A DNA stretch of 64,000 nt, taken from the NCBI RefSeq assembly GCF_964204645.1, contig NC_134028.1, positions 16,437,653-16,501,652 of the forward strand, given 5' to 3'. Each line of letters starts with the position of its first letter. The first letter of the stretch is position 1. The notes below the pieces were generated by a model. It did not search any database, had not been told where the DNA came from, and saw only the letters and a list, made by a program, of their open reading frames with translations. This stretch comes from Tubulanus polymorphus. Lineage: Eukaryota > Animalia > Nemertea. Positions 35,841 to 47,511 of the stretch are shown here, piece after piece. A program made the position numbers and the translations under genes.

Positions 35841-36897
35841 CACAACCAAACCCACTGAACAACCAGTATATTTTAGTCCCAGTACGCACCAACCGGCACA
35901 GGCCTAACACTGTCAACTGTGTGTCGTGTAGTAGTAGGCTATCGTAATCACCTGATACTTTTCTGTCGTTTGTTTTCTCTCTGAGTCGAACCGAGTTGAT
36001 CAATTCAAAGTTTATTCATTGACGCTTTGGTTACGGGAACAGATCAGCATTATACATAAATGAAATAACCGGAATAACAAGAAATCAATAATATGAAAGA
36101 GGTAACAAACTTAACTTAATAGTTTATCCATCACTTTCCATGAAACAAAACAATTCACGAAAGCCATTGAGAATTCGAATAGCATCGATGATGGTCATAC
36201 TATTATTGTCCAATAATTGTACCGATTTTAGAACTGCAATCGTTATGTTTACATAGACATCCATTTACTTTGTAGATAATAAACGTGAGTGGTGTTTTGA
36301 AATCGGTAGGTACAAGCTCTGAGAAGTAAAGTATACAGGACCTAACGTCGAGGGGCTTGAAACGTTATAATTTTCCATTCACCAGTTTAAAAAGTACGTA
36401 CGACTCTTTTCGATCCACAAGCATTCGTCAAATATAATGAAAAAGAAGTAAATTCATTTGTTGATGTAGTACCATATACATTGAGCAAACTCGCGATTTA
36501 TGAATTTGTCTCTCCAATGGCTACATCCAATCAATTATCCCATGACCTTATCATAATACAACAACTATCGTATAGAATTTCTCAAATAGTCAAAGTATCA
36601 CGATATTTACCTAAAAACCGTTGTAATCCAATAATGACGACTACACGAAATAGGATGTCCACTGATTGAGTGACAATTGACTGATCGGAAAACTGATATG
36701 ATATGTTAATGATCCCTTCCGAAAGTATACCTTCAGTCGAAAATGAAGGAAAATGTAATATGGCAAGCCATAAGTAGGCATCGTCTCGGAATTTAGGCAA
36801 AAGTTACACAAACAAGATGACAAGATCTTAATTCCGATAGACTCACTTTTGCTAACGAAATGGAGGATCGAGATAATCGATTGAACGTCATCCTAAG

Positions 36898-37085
36898 TCG
36901 GTTCCCGAACTTCGCTGAAAAAGCTGAAAATAAAACGCTGAAATTTCAGGGAATTCCCGAAAAACGCCGAAATTCCAAATTCCAGGGAATTCCCTAAAAA
37001 CGCAGGAATCGTGCTAGGAACCGACGTTTAGAAAATTTTTCTGGGCCCGGTGTCTGCTGCCAAGTCCTTAACCGTGCTTTAGTCT
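36898..37085. repeat. Dispersed repeat with internal units of about 20 bp (aaaacgctgaaatttcagggaattccc); other copies at 39940-40098 (inverted) and 52050-52270
   Basis: Shared ends acttcgctgaaa and gctaggaaccgac...accgtgctt. Confidence 0.85.
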
Positions 37086-37152
37086 TTACTAACTTTTCGG
37101 GTTATAAAGATATGCCTGTAAGGTCGTCATCTTCGGCTCTCATTCACATTTT

Positions 37153-38165
37153 CAACTGGCATTAGACCACAATTAGGTTAGTAGCTCGACGATGTGTATA
37201 ACCGGATCCCAAAATAGTACCTAGAGTGAAGAAGAGGTCCCCCATAAATGTTGCCATTATTTCTGCAAATGGGATAGGTACAAACTTCGGTTATATGTAT
37301 GAAATCCATTGATCCTGAGAGACAGACTGATGATGAAATAAGGGATTCCCTGGACTTTTTTGCTTGGAGTAAGGGTACCAAACACGGTGGGGATTCCCTT
37401 GCACATTGATATTGATGAGATATTGGGCTCGGATGTACTGGCATATCTGTACTGGGATACCTCTCCTTTCTCAAGGTTTGATAATTTCAAAAGTTAGGTT
37501 GGGTATGTGGGGCGGAAACCACTTCAATGCGTAGCTATGATGCTGGCCTAAGAGCAATAAGCAGGATTTCCCCTGAATTTACGCGCTTATATATGAACTA
37601 AACTCTAGAATTTCTTGTTTTTACTATAGGATATAGAAGATTTTGGAATATTGGTCTGAGCTCAACTGGCATCAGGCCACAATTAATAGGTTAGTAGCTC
37701 GAAGATGCGTAGGGCCAGACCGGACCCCCAAAAATAGTAGCTTGAGTGAAGAAGAGGTCCCCCGTAAATGTTGCCATAATTTCGGCAAATGGGATAGGTA
37801 ACGAATTTCGGTTATATGTATGAATCCATTGGTCCTGAGAGGCAGAATGATGAAAAATGGAATTTCCTGGACCTCTTTTTGCTCGGAGTATGGATACCAA
37901 ACACGAAGGGGCATTCGGCTCGGATGTACTGGCATACCTGTACTGGGATACCCCACCTTTCTAAAGGTTTTTTTATTTCAAAAGTTAGGTTGGGTAGGCC
38001 TATGTGGGGCAAAAACCACTTCAATGCGTCGCTTAGATGCTGGCCTATGCCATAAGCAGGATTTCCCCTGAATTTACGCGCTTATAGATGAAATTCTTAT
38101 GTTCCTTATTTTTACTATATTATAGGATATAGAAGATTTTGGAATAGTGGCCTGAGCTCAACTTT
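37153..38165. repeat. Diverged tandem duplication, unit about 510 bp
   Basis: caactggcat...gagctcaact unit starts at about 37153 and 37663, colinear with scattered differences. Confidence 0.9.
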
Positions 38166-38499
38166 TGATCGATTGATGGAGGACTTAATTTCCGTGACAA
38201 GAATCTTCCGGAATCCTCAGTTGTATCAAGAGGAACAATATTTGTTCAGGACACACTGTATGACATTATACTTACTAGTCAAAAACTAGTTCATCAAAAC
38301 TACATCAGTTCCAAAAACAACCATCATGCTTCCACAAAATGGAAAATTGGATAAATAACATTTTACTTCATTTATTTACATTTCATTTGTCTGTGCATCA
38401 TGATATAAATTTTTGTTATTGTTTTATGTGCATGTACCCGTATGAGCTAACAAAGAACTTTTCACTTAATTTGAACAAATTCTTAACAACAGTAATTCA

Positions 38500-40100
38500 A
38501 ATTCTCAATAGTATTTCTTATTGTTTGGTAATTCCTTGCAACTTCTCATTTCCACGTTTCATACAAGAGTTGAATGAAAGTACAGTTAGGCTGAACCTGA
38601 CAACCCATAATGAGTGCTAGCATCGAAATTTGATTATTTCGATTTTATTTTCGGTGTCATTGAAATTCGTAAAAAAAGGTTCAACTATCATTGTACTCAG
38701 CTTAGCTTCGATTGGGTTTCATATATCTACATTTTCTACAAGGAGGAGCCTTAAAGGGTCGTCCCCGGTAGAGGTCAAAACTTGGTTTACTTTCTCAACT
38801 TGCTGGAGACTACCATCTGCATGCCTCGATTTGTCTGGCCTATGAGAGTCGAACAACATTTCCCCATACATAGGCTTGGCTTTAGTGTAGGCTAGGCACC
38901 ACACATTGTGGAATAACTGGAACTCTTAACTCTGAAAATTAAACGAGTCAACAAGAAAGATCCAATAATTGAACGTTTATCTAACTATTATAATTAACAG
39001 CTTGAAATATACATTAAACATTGTGCAAGAGTACACAAAAGAAATCAGTTCTATATTTTATCCAAATCAAGCGTTAAAGCCACAGATTCGCTTAGCTTGG
39101 GCTTGAATTCTGGTTTTAAGCTTCCTATTCTATTGAAATCCCTTCGGTTACCTCGGAATATCGCTTAGCTCTTAAAGACTACAAATTTGGTCCCAGGAAA
39201 CCAAGTAAAGCGGGGTACTACTGTACATCAACTGTTGACTTATTTTTCTCTGGTTGAATCAAGTTATTACTGAAATAGCGTTCGTTTTATTTTTTGAAAT
39301 TGTGTCGTTTAGCTATCCTGCTGCAAATTTCACAGTTGAAGTTCACTGGTGGCATCTGATTGCATGAAATATAATCAATGATACAAGAAGTCTTTTCTCG
39401 GTATCTGTATGTCCATCTAAGCAAATCAACTTGGCCTATGATTCCTCCTTTTATAGATAGTCTAAAAATAAGAATTGATACATTTTTTCTAACCGATGGT
39501 ATGTCATTGCTATAAAAAACCTAATGATTTTCTCACCACAGGAAATAAATTATTCGCAATTGTTAAATCCATTCCATGCGCACGATGAATTAGAAAGAAA
39601 TTAAGTAAGATCTCTTTTGTCCAAGAGCCGCATCATCATTACAACTAGCTATCATATTTAACTTACCTCCAGTCTCCAACAGAGTATACCACAGTCGCCC
39701 ATAGTCATACGTGACATGTTGACAAAAGAAAAGTGGCTCTCATGATCATATTTTATATACATTCGAAATGTTCAAATAAGATTTTTTCGGATTGTAGAAG
39801 TAAACTACATTCTTGAAATATTCAGCATAGTGTTTAAAGTTGGCTTGTACGGTTGTGATAGGGTTTTGATAGGTTTTCATACTCCACACATACTGTCTAT
39901 GCATGTCTCTACAACCAAAAATTAGGTAAAGCAATGGTTCAGGACTCGGTAGCGGTCCCGGCCCGTAAGAAAATTCAAAACGTCTATTGTCGGTTCCTAG
40001 CGTGATTTCAGCGTTTTTCGGGAATACCCTGAAATTTCAGCGTTTTTCGAAAACTCTGAAATTTCAGCGTTTCAGCTTTTCAGCGAAGTTCAGGAACCGA
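38500..40100. repeat. Block duplicated in inverted orientation at 52050-54700
   Basis: For example gcaagagtacacaaaagaaatcagttctatat (about 39025) is the reverse complement of about 53285-53316. Colinear across about 1.6 kb; the second copy carries extra insertions. Confidence 0.88.
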
Positions 40101-40483
40101 TCTTTAGTTCCCTTGATAACATCAAAAATGTGTCGAAGGTGCCTCAAGTCGGCCAACCTAATTGTGACGTGACCAATTTTTGGACTACATACGCGGCTGC
40201 AATGAAAACTGTTACAAATAGATCGAATACTAAGACAACGCATTGTACGGTTTTCAAAACGTCCCAAAAAGATGGATTCCATCTACGAGTGAACAAACGA
40301 AACCACGGTAACTGGTGAAAATTGAACGCAGTAGCCAGCTGGTACTTCCAAATGGGCTAAAAATTGAGTAATTTCAATCAAACAGATCGCTCTTTCATTA
40401 AAGGTACATGTATATTTGAAGACACTGGACATGTAACCCCTCAGAGGCATGTGGTATAGCTTTAGTATTTAAAAAGACAATAC

Positions 40484-40548
40484 CTGTTCATAGTCATCTA
40501 AGCCATGCCTTTGTTTGTTTCGAAGTGTCCTTTTGGTTAGATAAATAG
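40484..40548 (-). CDS. RGS7-like: R7-family RGS protein, internal exon (DHEX)
   Basis: 65-nt exon, ttccag acceptor and gtattg donor. Encodes (A)IYLTKRTLRNKQRHGLDDYEQ, compare RGS7 AVYLCKRTMQNK and EAT-16-type KR..RN.Q.HGL. Phase 1 to phase 0. Confidence 0.92.
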
Positions 40549-42956
40549 CTGGAAGAAAATGAGATACATTGTCATTCCGTTATATCGAGATTAAACGTGT
40601 TAGCGTTGTGTTAATCGATTTGTTGAATGTATTCAAGCCACTTCAAACCCTGCATAACGGCGTAACTAGCAACTGGGATCGATTGATAGTTACCTGTCTT
40701 CTAGCAATCTAAACAAACCTAAAGCAGAATCATTAATAATTTGTTGTCAGTTTAACATTCAACGCAGTCTCAAATGTTTTGTGACTTTCTCAAAATGTAT
40801 CAAAAATTTAAGTAATTTTTAGTTCATAAGTCTTCAAATATTCATAAATGAACAGTTAAAAATTGGTGAAACATGTCGACTAAGCCGTAAAATCAACCCA
40901 TTCACAGTCCCGAATGTGGGATAATGTCGGGCTTTAGAGAACATAATGCCCCCGAGGTCTTCACATTTACAGATAAGATTATGTAAGCGTGTCGCGCGTT
41001 ACACCGGATAGGCACACAATAGAAATATGAGCCGCACGTTCATTGATCATCACCAATTAAGAGGACCGCTATTGTGAAAATTGACTGCGGGAGGAATATT
41101 CCTCCCAAAGTCAATCGATGGAAACTTGACCAAGGGGTCTGATATTCAAACAATTGACTTTGGGAGGAATATTTCTCCCAAGGTCAAACGAAGAGAATTT
41201 GACCTTCAGTTCTGATATTCAAAGTATCGACTTCGGGAGGAATATTCCTCCGACTGTCAAACGAAGGAAAATGGACCTAGGTCTGATATTCGAAATATTG
41301 ACTTTGGGATGAATATTCGTCCAAACCTCTAACGCTAAAAACCTGAGCTTTTAGAATGATAGGTCTACATAAATGATATAGATGTAATTGTTTTTAATAA
41401 ATAGTATACTATAGCGACGAAACCAGACATATTTAGGCAATTTGATTGTTAATATACACTGTATTTGAGGGTCTGCGACAAATAATTTTAGAAAGTTAAA
41501 TAGCTGTAGTACAGGTTCTAATAATGAGCCTAATATAGTCTTCACATCGCAATCAGTTGTTAGAATGCATCTTCCTTTTTCTTGTTTTGATCTGAGACGA
41601 CTAGTTAAATTTTTTTCTTGATTGATTCACGCTGGGAGGTCTACATCAAATTATATTGTTGATCAAATCAATTATGTTTCAACTGCGAATTCACATTTGA
41701 TATTGATATTAATAATCAATATTACCCATCATTATATAGCGCACTGCTGCAAATTGTAACCAGTGTGCTTTTCATGGGTATAAAATTAACACAAGTTGAA
41801 GAAATCGAATTTGAAATACGTGGATAATGAAAAATAAGTTGAAGGTAGGGCGGAGAGATCTGACGAAAAGAAACAACAAACGATATGGGCGCCAAATTGA
41901 ACCATGCCTAATTGCCCGACATGACCTGAGTCAAATTAAGCCAAGTCAAATAAGCGTGTTAATTTAAACTGGTTCTGGAAGTCAGTCACTTCGCTTTGCT
42001 TAAGTATGGACTCGTTTTAGAGTCTCTTCAAGCATTGTTTAGTATCGAATGAATGGGTTTGCATTTGAATGTGAAATAAATTTGAACATGAAAATCAGCG
42101 CGCTCTTTGGTAAGCCATCAAAACAATTAAAGTCGGACCCTGATTCGAGCCAATTTGTTTGCAAATTAGCCATTGTCCTAGTTTTAACTTCTGATTTGTA
42201 CCCTGTATAGGCCGGTTTATATTTCTGTTTGTACTCTTTCATAGAAATTCGACAGATATCAAATGGCATCTTTGATTACAGACACTGTTGACCGGTACAC
42301 ACCAATATGTCCATCCATCCGACATACAAGCAATTATCTCATTAATGAAATAATTGCTCGTAGATCCGACAGCTACGTTTTACAACTAGAAGTGCATAAA
42401 ATCAGATTCCTAATGATATTACATGTAATACTGTTAAGAATAAGCTATTAATTATGATTAAATTCAAAAAGAATTGAGAAAATATCTTGCTTTGAATGGC
42501 TTTTAATTAAATATTGGAAAGGGCGATTTTGAAGGGGGAATTTTATCTGCGGTGTCACTGCTAATCGAGTAATCAAGAAGCACAAACTCCCTAAGGTGAT
42601 AAAGTGTTTTAAGCAGATCTTTTCCGATTGTGATCCCAATATATGAATTGCACATGGAACTATTATGTATAAACACCTCTCACAATTTACGTACTGACTG
42701 AGTGGCGTCCTTTTGCACAAGCTATAATCAATTATCAAGCTATGTTTCAATTCATTTTATTTGTGCGACCATTACCTACAGCGGTCTGTTCCTGCTGAAA
42801 ATTTCGAAATTAGATATTGTTCGAGAAGTCTGGGAACGTCAATATCGAAAAACATACGCAACAATTCGTTCGGCAAAGGTTCACATATGATATAATATTT
42901 AATACAAACTGGTTGCGAACCAGTTACACAGAAGTACGGCAAAAAATCATTCACGC

Positions 42957-44018
42957 TTGAATAACCACCGGACAAATAATCGCCTGCAGTGTACGAATAC
43001 TCAAAACCATATCATGTCCAGTGTCGAAGAAATACCGAATAATTCGAATGTGAACAATATATGCTGGACACCACAAAGTATCTCGCACCATAAGGACCCT
43101 AGGCCTGGTGAAAAAAGGCGCCTAATACATCGAAGCCCGCCACTGGGAGCAGGTGGCACTTTGGATTACCTAGACATCGATACCGGCAATATAGTAACCA
43201 GAAGGGACGATCCACAATGTGGCGACTGTAATCAATTAAATATTAGAATGGAGGCGATGATGAAAAAGATAATAGACAAACTCGATATCTTCCCTGATCT
43301 GAACAATAAAGTAGAAACAATATCCAGATCAATTGTTGATCTCTCATCTAGAGTATCTAAAATCGAAAATGAAATGATCGCAACAAAAAATTCTGTAATA
43401 AACACAAGGCTCGAACACGATGAGATCCGTAAAACTGTCATTGAAAATAAAGGGACTATATTACAAATGACCAAGCAAACCGAAAAAGCGATTGCCCGTC
43501 TGACGTCACTCGAAAATTACAACAGACGCGAAAACTTGATTTTCTACGGAATAAAAGAAAATCCCGATACGTCAACACGAGAAAACTGCGAGAGTCTAGT
43601 ACGAAATATCGTCAAGAAATATGACCTGGGTATACCGGACCCAGAAAATGTAGTTTTCCAGCGCGTTCACCGTATCAATCGAAAGACAGGGACATCGAAA
43701 CCGAGAGGAATTATAGCGCGATTTGTGAATTACCAGGATCGTGAACGTATACGCAGAAACGCCTACAAACTGAAAAATAGCGAAATATCAATAAGTGAGG
43801 ATTATTGCCCCGAAACGGCCGCACAGATTAAGCAGCTACTACATATTAAGAGAAAAGCTATAAAGTGTGGGCATAAAGCTCACATCAACTGGGAAGGAAG
43901 ACTGTTCGTTGACGGAAAACCGTATGATGGAGATGGTGGTGAATTTCTTGGAACACCTACAACCGTAAACAACCAGGACACCGAAACAGTGGACACGGTT
44001 TCAGATACACAAACATAG
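42957..44018 (+). CDS. LINE ORF1p (L1-type coiled coil + RRM/CTD)
   Basis: Open 353 codons (first ATG at 43014): LENYNRRENLIFYGIKE, FQRVHRI, PRGIIARF, ISEDY, GRLFVDG. Confidence 0.85.
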   Translation: MNNHRTNNRLQCTNTQNHIMSSVEEIPNNSNVNNICWTPQSISHHKDPRPGEKRRLIHRSPPLGAGGTLDYLDIDTGNIVTRRDDPQCGDCNQLNIRMEAMMKKIIDKLDIFPDLNNKVETISRSIVDLSSRVSKIENEMIATKNSVINTRLEHDEIRKTVIENKGTILQMTKQTEKAIARLTSLENYNRRENLIFYGIKENPDTSTRENCESLVRNIVKKYDLGIPDPENVVFQRVHRINRKTGTSKPRGIIARFVNYQDRERIRRNAYKLKNSEISISEDYCPETAAQIKQLLHIKRKAIKCGHKAHINWEGRLFVDGKPYDGDGGEFLGTPTTVNNQDTETVDTVSDTQT

Positions 44019-47000
44019 ACCGAGAAACGTAGGATCAGTGACTTAAAAATAACGCATATTAACGTTCATGGGCTGCATACTGTGATCGACAAAACCCGAA
44101 TATGTAAACTTGAACTACCGGACGTTCATAAAATAGTTGCAACAAATGACATTACCCTTTTCTCGGAAACTTGGAACAAAAATGATTCAACATTTCACAC
44201 CCCTGATGGATTCTCCTACTTCCAAAGTACCCGAAAGAAACCACCAAGAGCAAAAAGGAACTCAGGTGGTCTCCTTATACTTTATCGATCCGAACTAGAA
44301 TGCGGCTTAAAGTTTATTTCTTCTGATAATCCGGATATCATATGGATAAGGCTCGATAAAGTTTTTTTCAAATTGAATCAAGACACATATATTTGTTTAG
44401 CATATATTTCGCCTGCTGATAACAATCGGCGCTTGCGCCAGGATACTTTAGCCACGCTAGAGATCGAAGGATTAGCGTATAGTATCGAGGGCAATGTAAT
44501 TATCATGGGGGATTTCAACGCCCGTACTTCGAGTAAATCGGGCCTTATCCATGATGCTATACCCGAAGATCTTACTGATAATCCCGAGCTAAATAATGAC
44601 ATTTTGTCTTTTTTGGATGATAACATCAATTTTTCAATTGAAAGAAGCTCTTTAGACAGAGCACGTAATGTACACGGCAATGAGCTACTAGAACTGTGTA
44701 AAGGTACGGAAATGATTATATTGAATGGGAGGTCCTTTAAGGATAAGAACATTGGTAAATTCACAAATTTTCAAACCAGTGGCTGTAGTGTTGTTGATTA
44801 CTGCCTAGCTAACCTCTCAGCCATTCGCATCCTCGGAAACTTTGAGATTTTGAATTGTCAATATTTCTCTGACCATGCCCCACTATCCATCTCTCTCAAA
44901 AAAGCCCAAACGATAGGAGCCCCTTATCACCAAGAATCAAATCAACGATACGACAAACTCCCAGCGCGATACGTATGGAATGAACAGATTGAAAACAAAT
45001 TTATTGATACTGTCCGTCGCACCGAATTCCACGACCAGTTGACCTCATCTATTGACTGTATAATCCTTAATCAAAACCCGGGCATTGACGAAGTAAATTC
45101 TGCGACGGACAATATAACGTCGGTCCTACTAGCCAGTTATGACGCCAATAATTCAACCCTACCTCGTGAAAATCCGAGACCAGTGAGACGGCGGCGTGTC
45201 CGTCGTCATTGGTTCAATAGGAACTGCGCTGTCGCACGTAATCAATTTAGTAAAGCGAATCGCTTATACTACAGATATCCAAACCCTAATAACCTGCAAG
45301 ATCTACGAACCAAGAGAAAAACCTATAGGAAAGAAATATCTAAGGCCAAACATAAATCAGAAAAAAAGATAGCGACTCAAAGTCCTTTTGGAAAATCCTG
45401 AAATCCTTTCAAAATGTAAATTCCGATCAAAATCAGTCGACTCCTGACTTTGAACGATTCTTCAGCGATTTAAGCCATGAAAATGGAGAAACTGTGGTTG
45501 ACCCCGATTTTCAAATTACTGATCAAGATAGAATTGATTCACATACGCCACATGAACTGGATATACCAATTACTAATGATGAGGTCCTCAAGGCCATTAA
45601 GTGTTTAAAACGTTGCAAATCCCCCGGATTAGACAATATTCTACCCGAAATGCTGATTACAGCAGCCGATATTCTATCCCCTACTCTAACTACACATTTC
45701 AATGTTATACTTCAGACTGGTATTTATCCCAGAAACTGGAGTAAGGGTTGTATATCTCCAATCCATAAGAAAGGATCGACTTCCGATCCAAACAACTACC
45801 GCGGAATCACAGTTTTAAGTTGCTTTGGAAAAATCTTTTCTATAATCTTAAACACACGTCTTATTCACTGGACTGAAACTTATCATGTTGTTAATAATTC
45901 CCAGGCTGGTTTTCGACCAAACAATGGTACAACACAGCAATCATTCGTCCTGTCTTCTGTTATTGACTATTGTGTAAAGAACAACAAAAAGAACGCCTGT
46001 CTAGGGTTTGTGGATTTTTCCAAAGCTTTTGATTCAATAAACCATGATATTCTCTGGAAAAAATTACTAGAAGCTGGTATTACTGGTAAGGTATATAATA
46101 TTATAAAGTCTATGTACGCCAACAACGAATCGTGTGTAAAAAATAACGGGTTCATATCCAGTTTCTTTAAATGTACCATCGGGGTCAGACAAGGCGAATG
46201 CATCTCCCCTGTATTATTTAATTTATATATCAACGACATGGAGCAATATTTCATTGATAATGGTCACACAGGGATCGATTTGCAACTTTTTAAACTCTAT
46301 ATCCTCTTATACGCAGATGACACTGTTATTCTAGCAGAATCCCCTGAAGCTCTACAGCGATGTATGGACATTTTATTTGAATATTGTACAAAGATGAGAC
46401 TCAATGTAAATACTGAAAAGACCAAAGTTATGAAAATAGGACTAAGAAGAAATACCAGAAATGCTCTAGCTTGTAACTATAACGGTATCGCACTAGATGA
46501 AGTCTCGGTTTTCAAGTATCTGGGTCTTATGATATCAAATAATGGTAAACACACAGCAGCCATCAAAGCCCTTGCTGATCAAGGATCGCGAGCCTTCTTT
46601 TAGCTGAAAAAGTACCTGCTGAATGCTAGACTTCTATCTCCTAAGGTTAAACTAGATATTTTTGATTCTCTAGTCAAGTCTGTTTTAGTTTATAGTAGTC
46701 CAATATGGGCTTTTGATAATCTTAACGCTATTGAGTCTATACATTTAAAATTTTGCAAATATTAGCTTCGTGTCCGCAGTAGTACTCCTAATGTTATGGT
46801 TTACGGAGAACTTGGTCGTTTCCCGCTGTATATTCATGCTCAAATTTCTGCTACCAAATTCTGGCTGAAAATACTGAAAGCCCCACACTCCACAAAAGCT
46901 ACCAATTCCTCCTGAACCAGATTAATAACAACCCTCTCATATCTAACTGGGCATCCAAAATCAAATGGGCATCCAAAATGCGTGATTTATTTAATAATTT

Positions 47001-47511
47001 AGGTCTTGGGAATTTTCACAGGATGCAGGAAATGCCGCCTTTCTTATAAAACTGGTCGAGCAAAGACTTAAAGACCAATTTATCCAAAACTGGTCCCACT
47101 CTATTGAAACCAGCCCCAAATGTTATACCTATAAGCATTTTAAGTCATCCTTTACCTACGAAAAATACCTTGATATTAATGACACCAGTTTAGTAACTGC
47201 TTTCAGTAAATTCCGCTGTGGAAGCCACGATCTTATGATAGAAAGTGGTAGATGGACCAGGCCACGGATCCCACGCGAAAGCCGTTTGTGTAGCTGTAAG
47301 TCGAATCAAATCGAAGACGAGTACCACGTTTTATTATGCTGTATCCACTATAACACCCCAAGAAGCAATTTTCTTCCCCAATACTATTGGAATAATCCGA
47401 GCATTCATAAATTCATTTGATGAACACAACATCCAACAATCTCTTAAAGCGTATTGGAAAATTTCTCCGACAGATGTTTAAGGGACGTAAATTGCTTCTT
47501 GGGGCTACTTA
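44019..47511 (+). pseudogene. LINE ORF2 (APE + RT + C-terminal Cys/His domain), disrupted
   Basis: INVHGL, SETW, SGGL, GDFNAR, ILNGR, SVVDY, SDHAP; NYRGIT, QAGFR, VDFSKAFDSI, GVRQGECISP, YADD, KYLG; FRCGSHDLMIESGRW..R..RLC.C...EDEYHVLLCC. Frameshift at about 45400 and stops after 46600. Confidence 0.92.

Noticed and set aside
41081-41330. CRISPR-like array (palindromic repeats of about 34 bp with spacers of about 39 bp)
   Set aside because: The spacers are homologous to each other, so it is a tandem repeat. There are no cas genes and the context is a eukaryotic intron.
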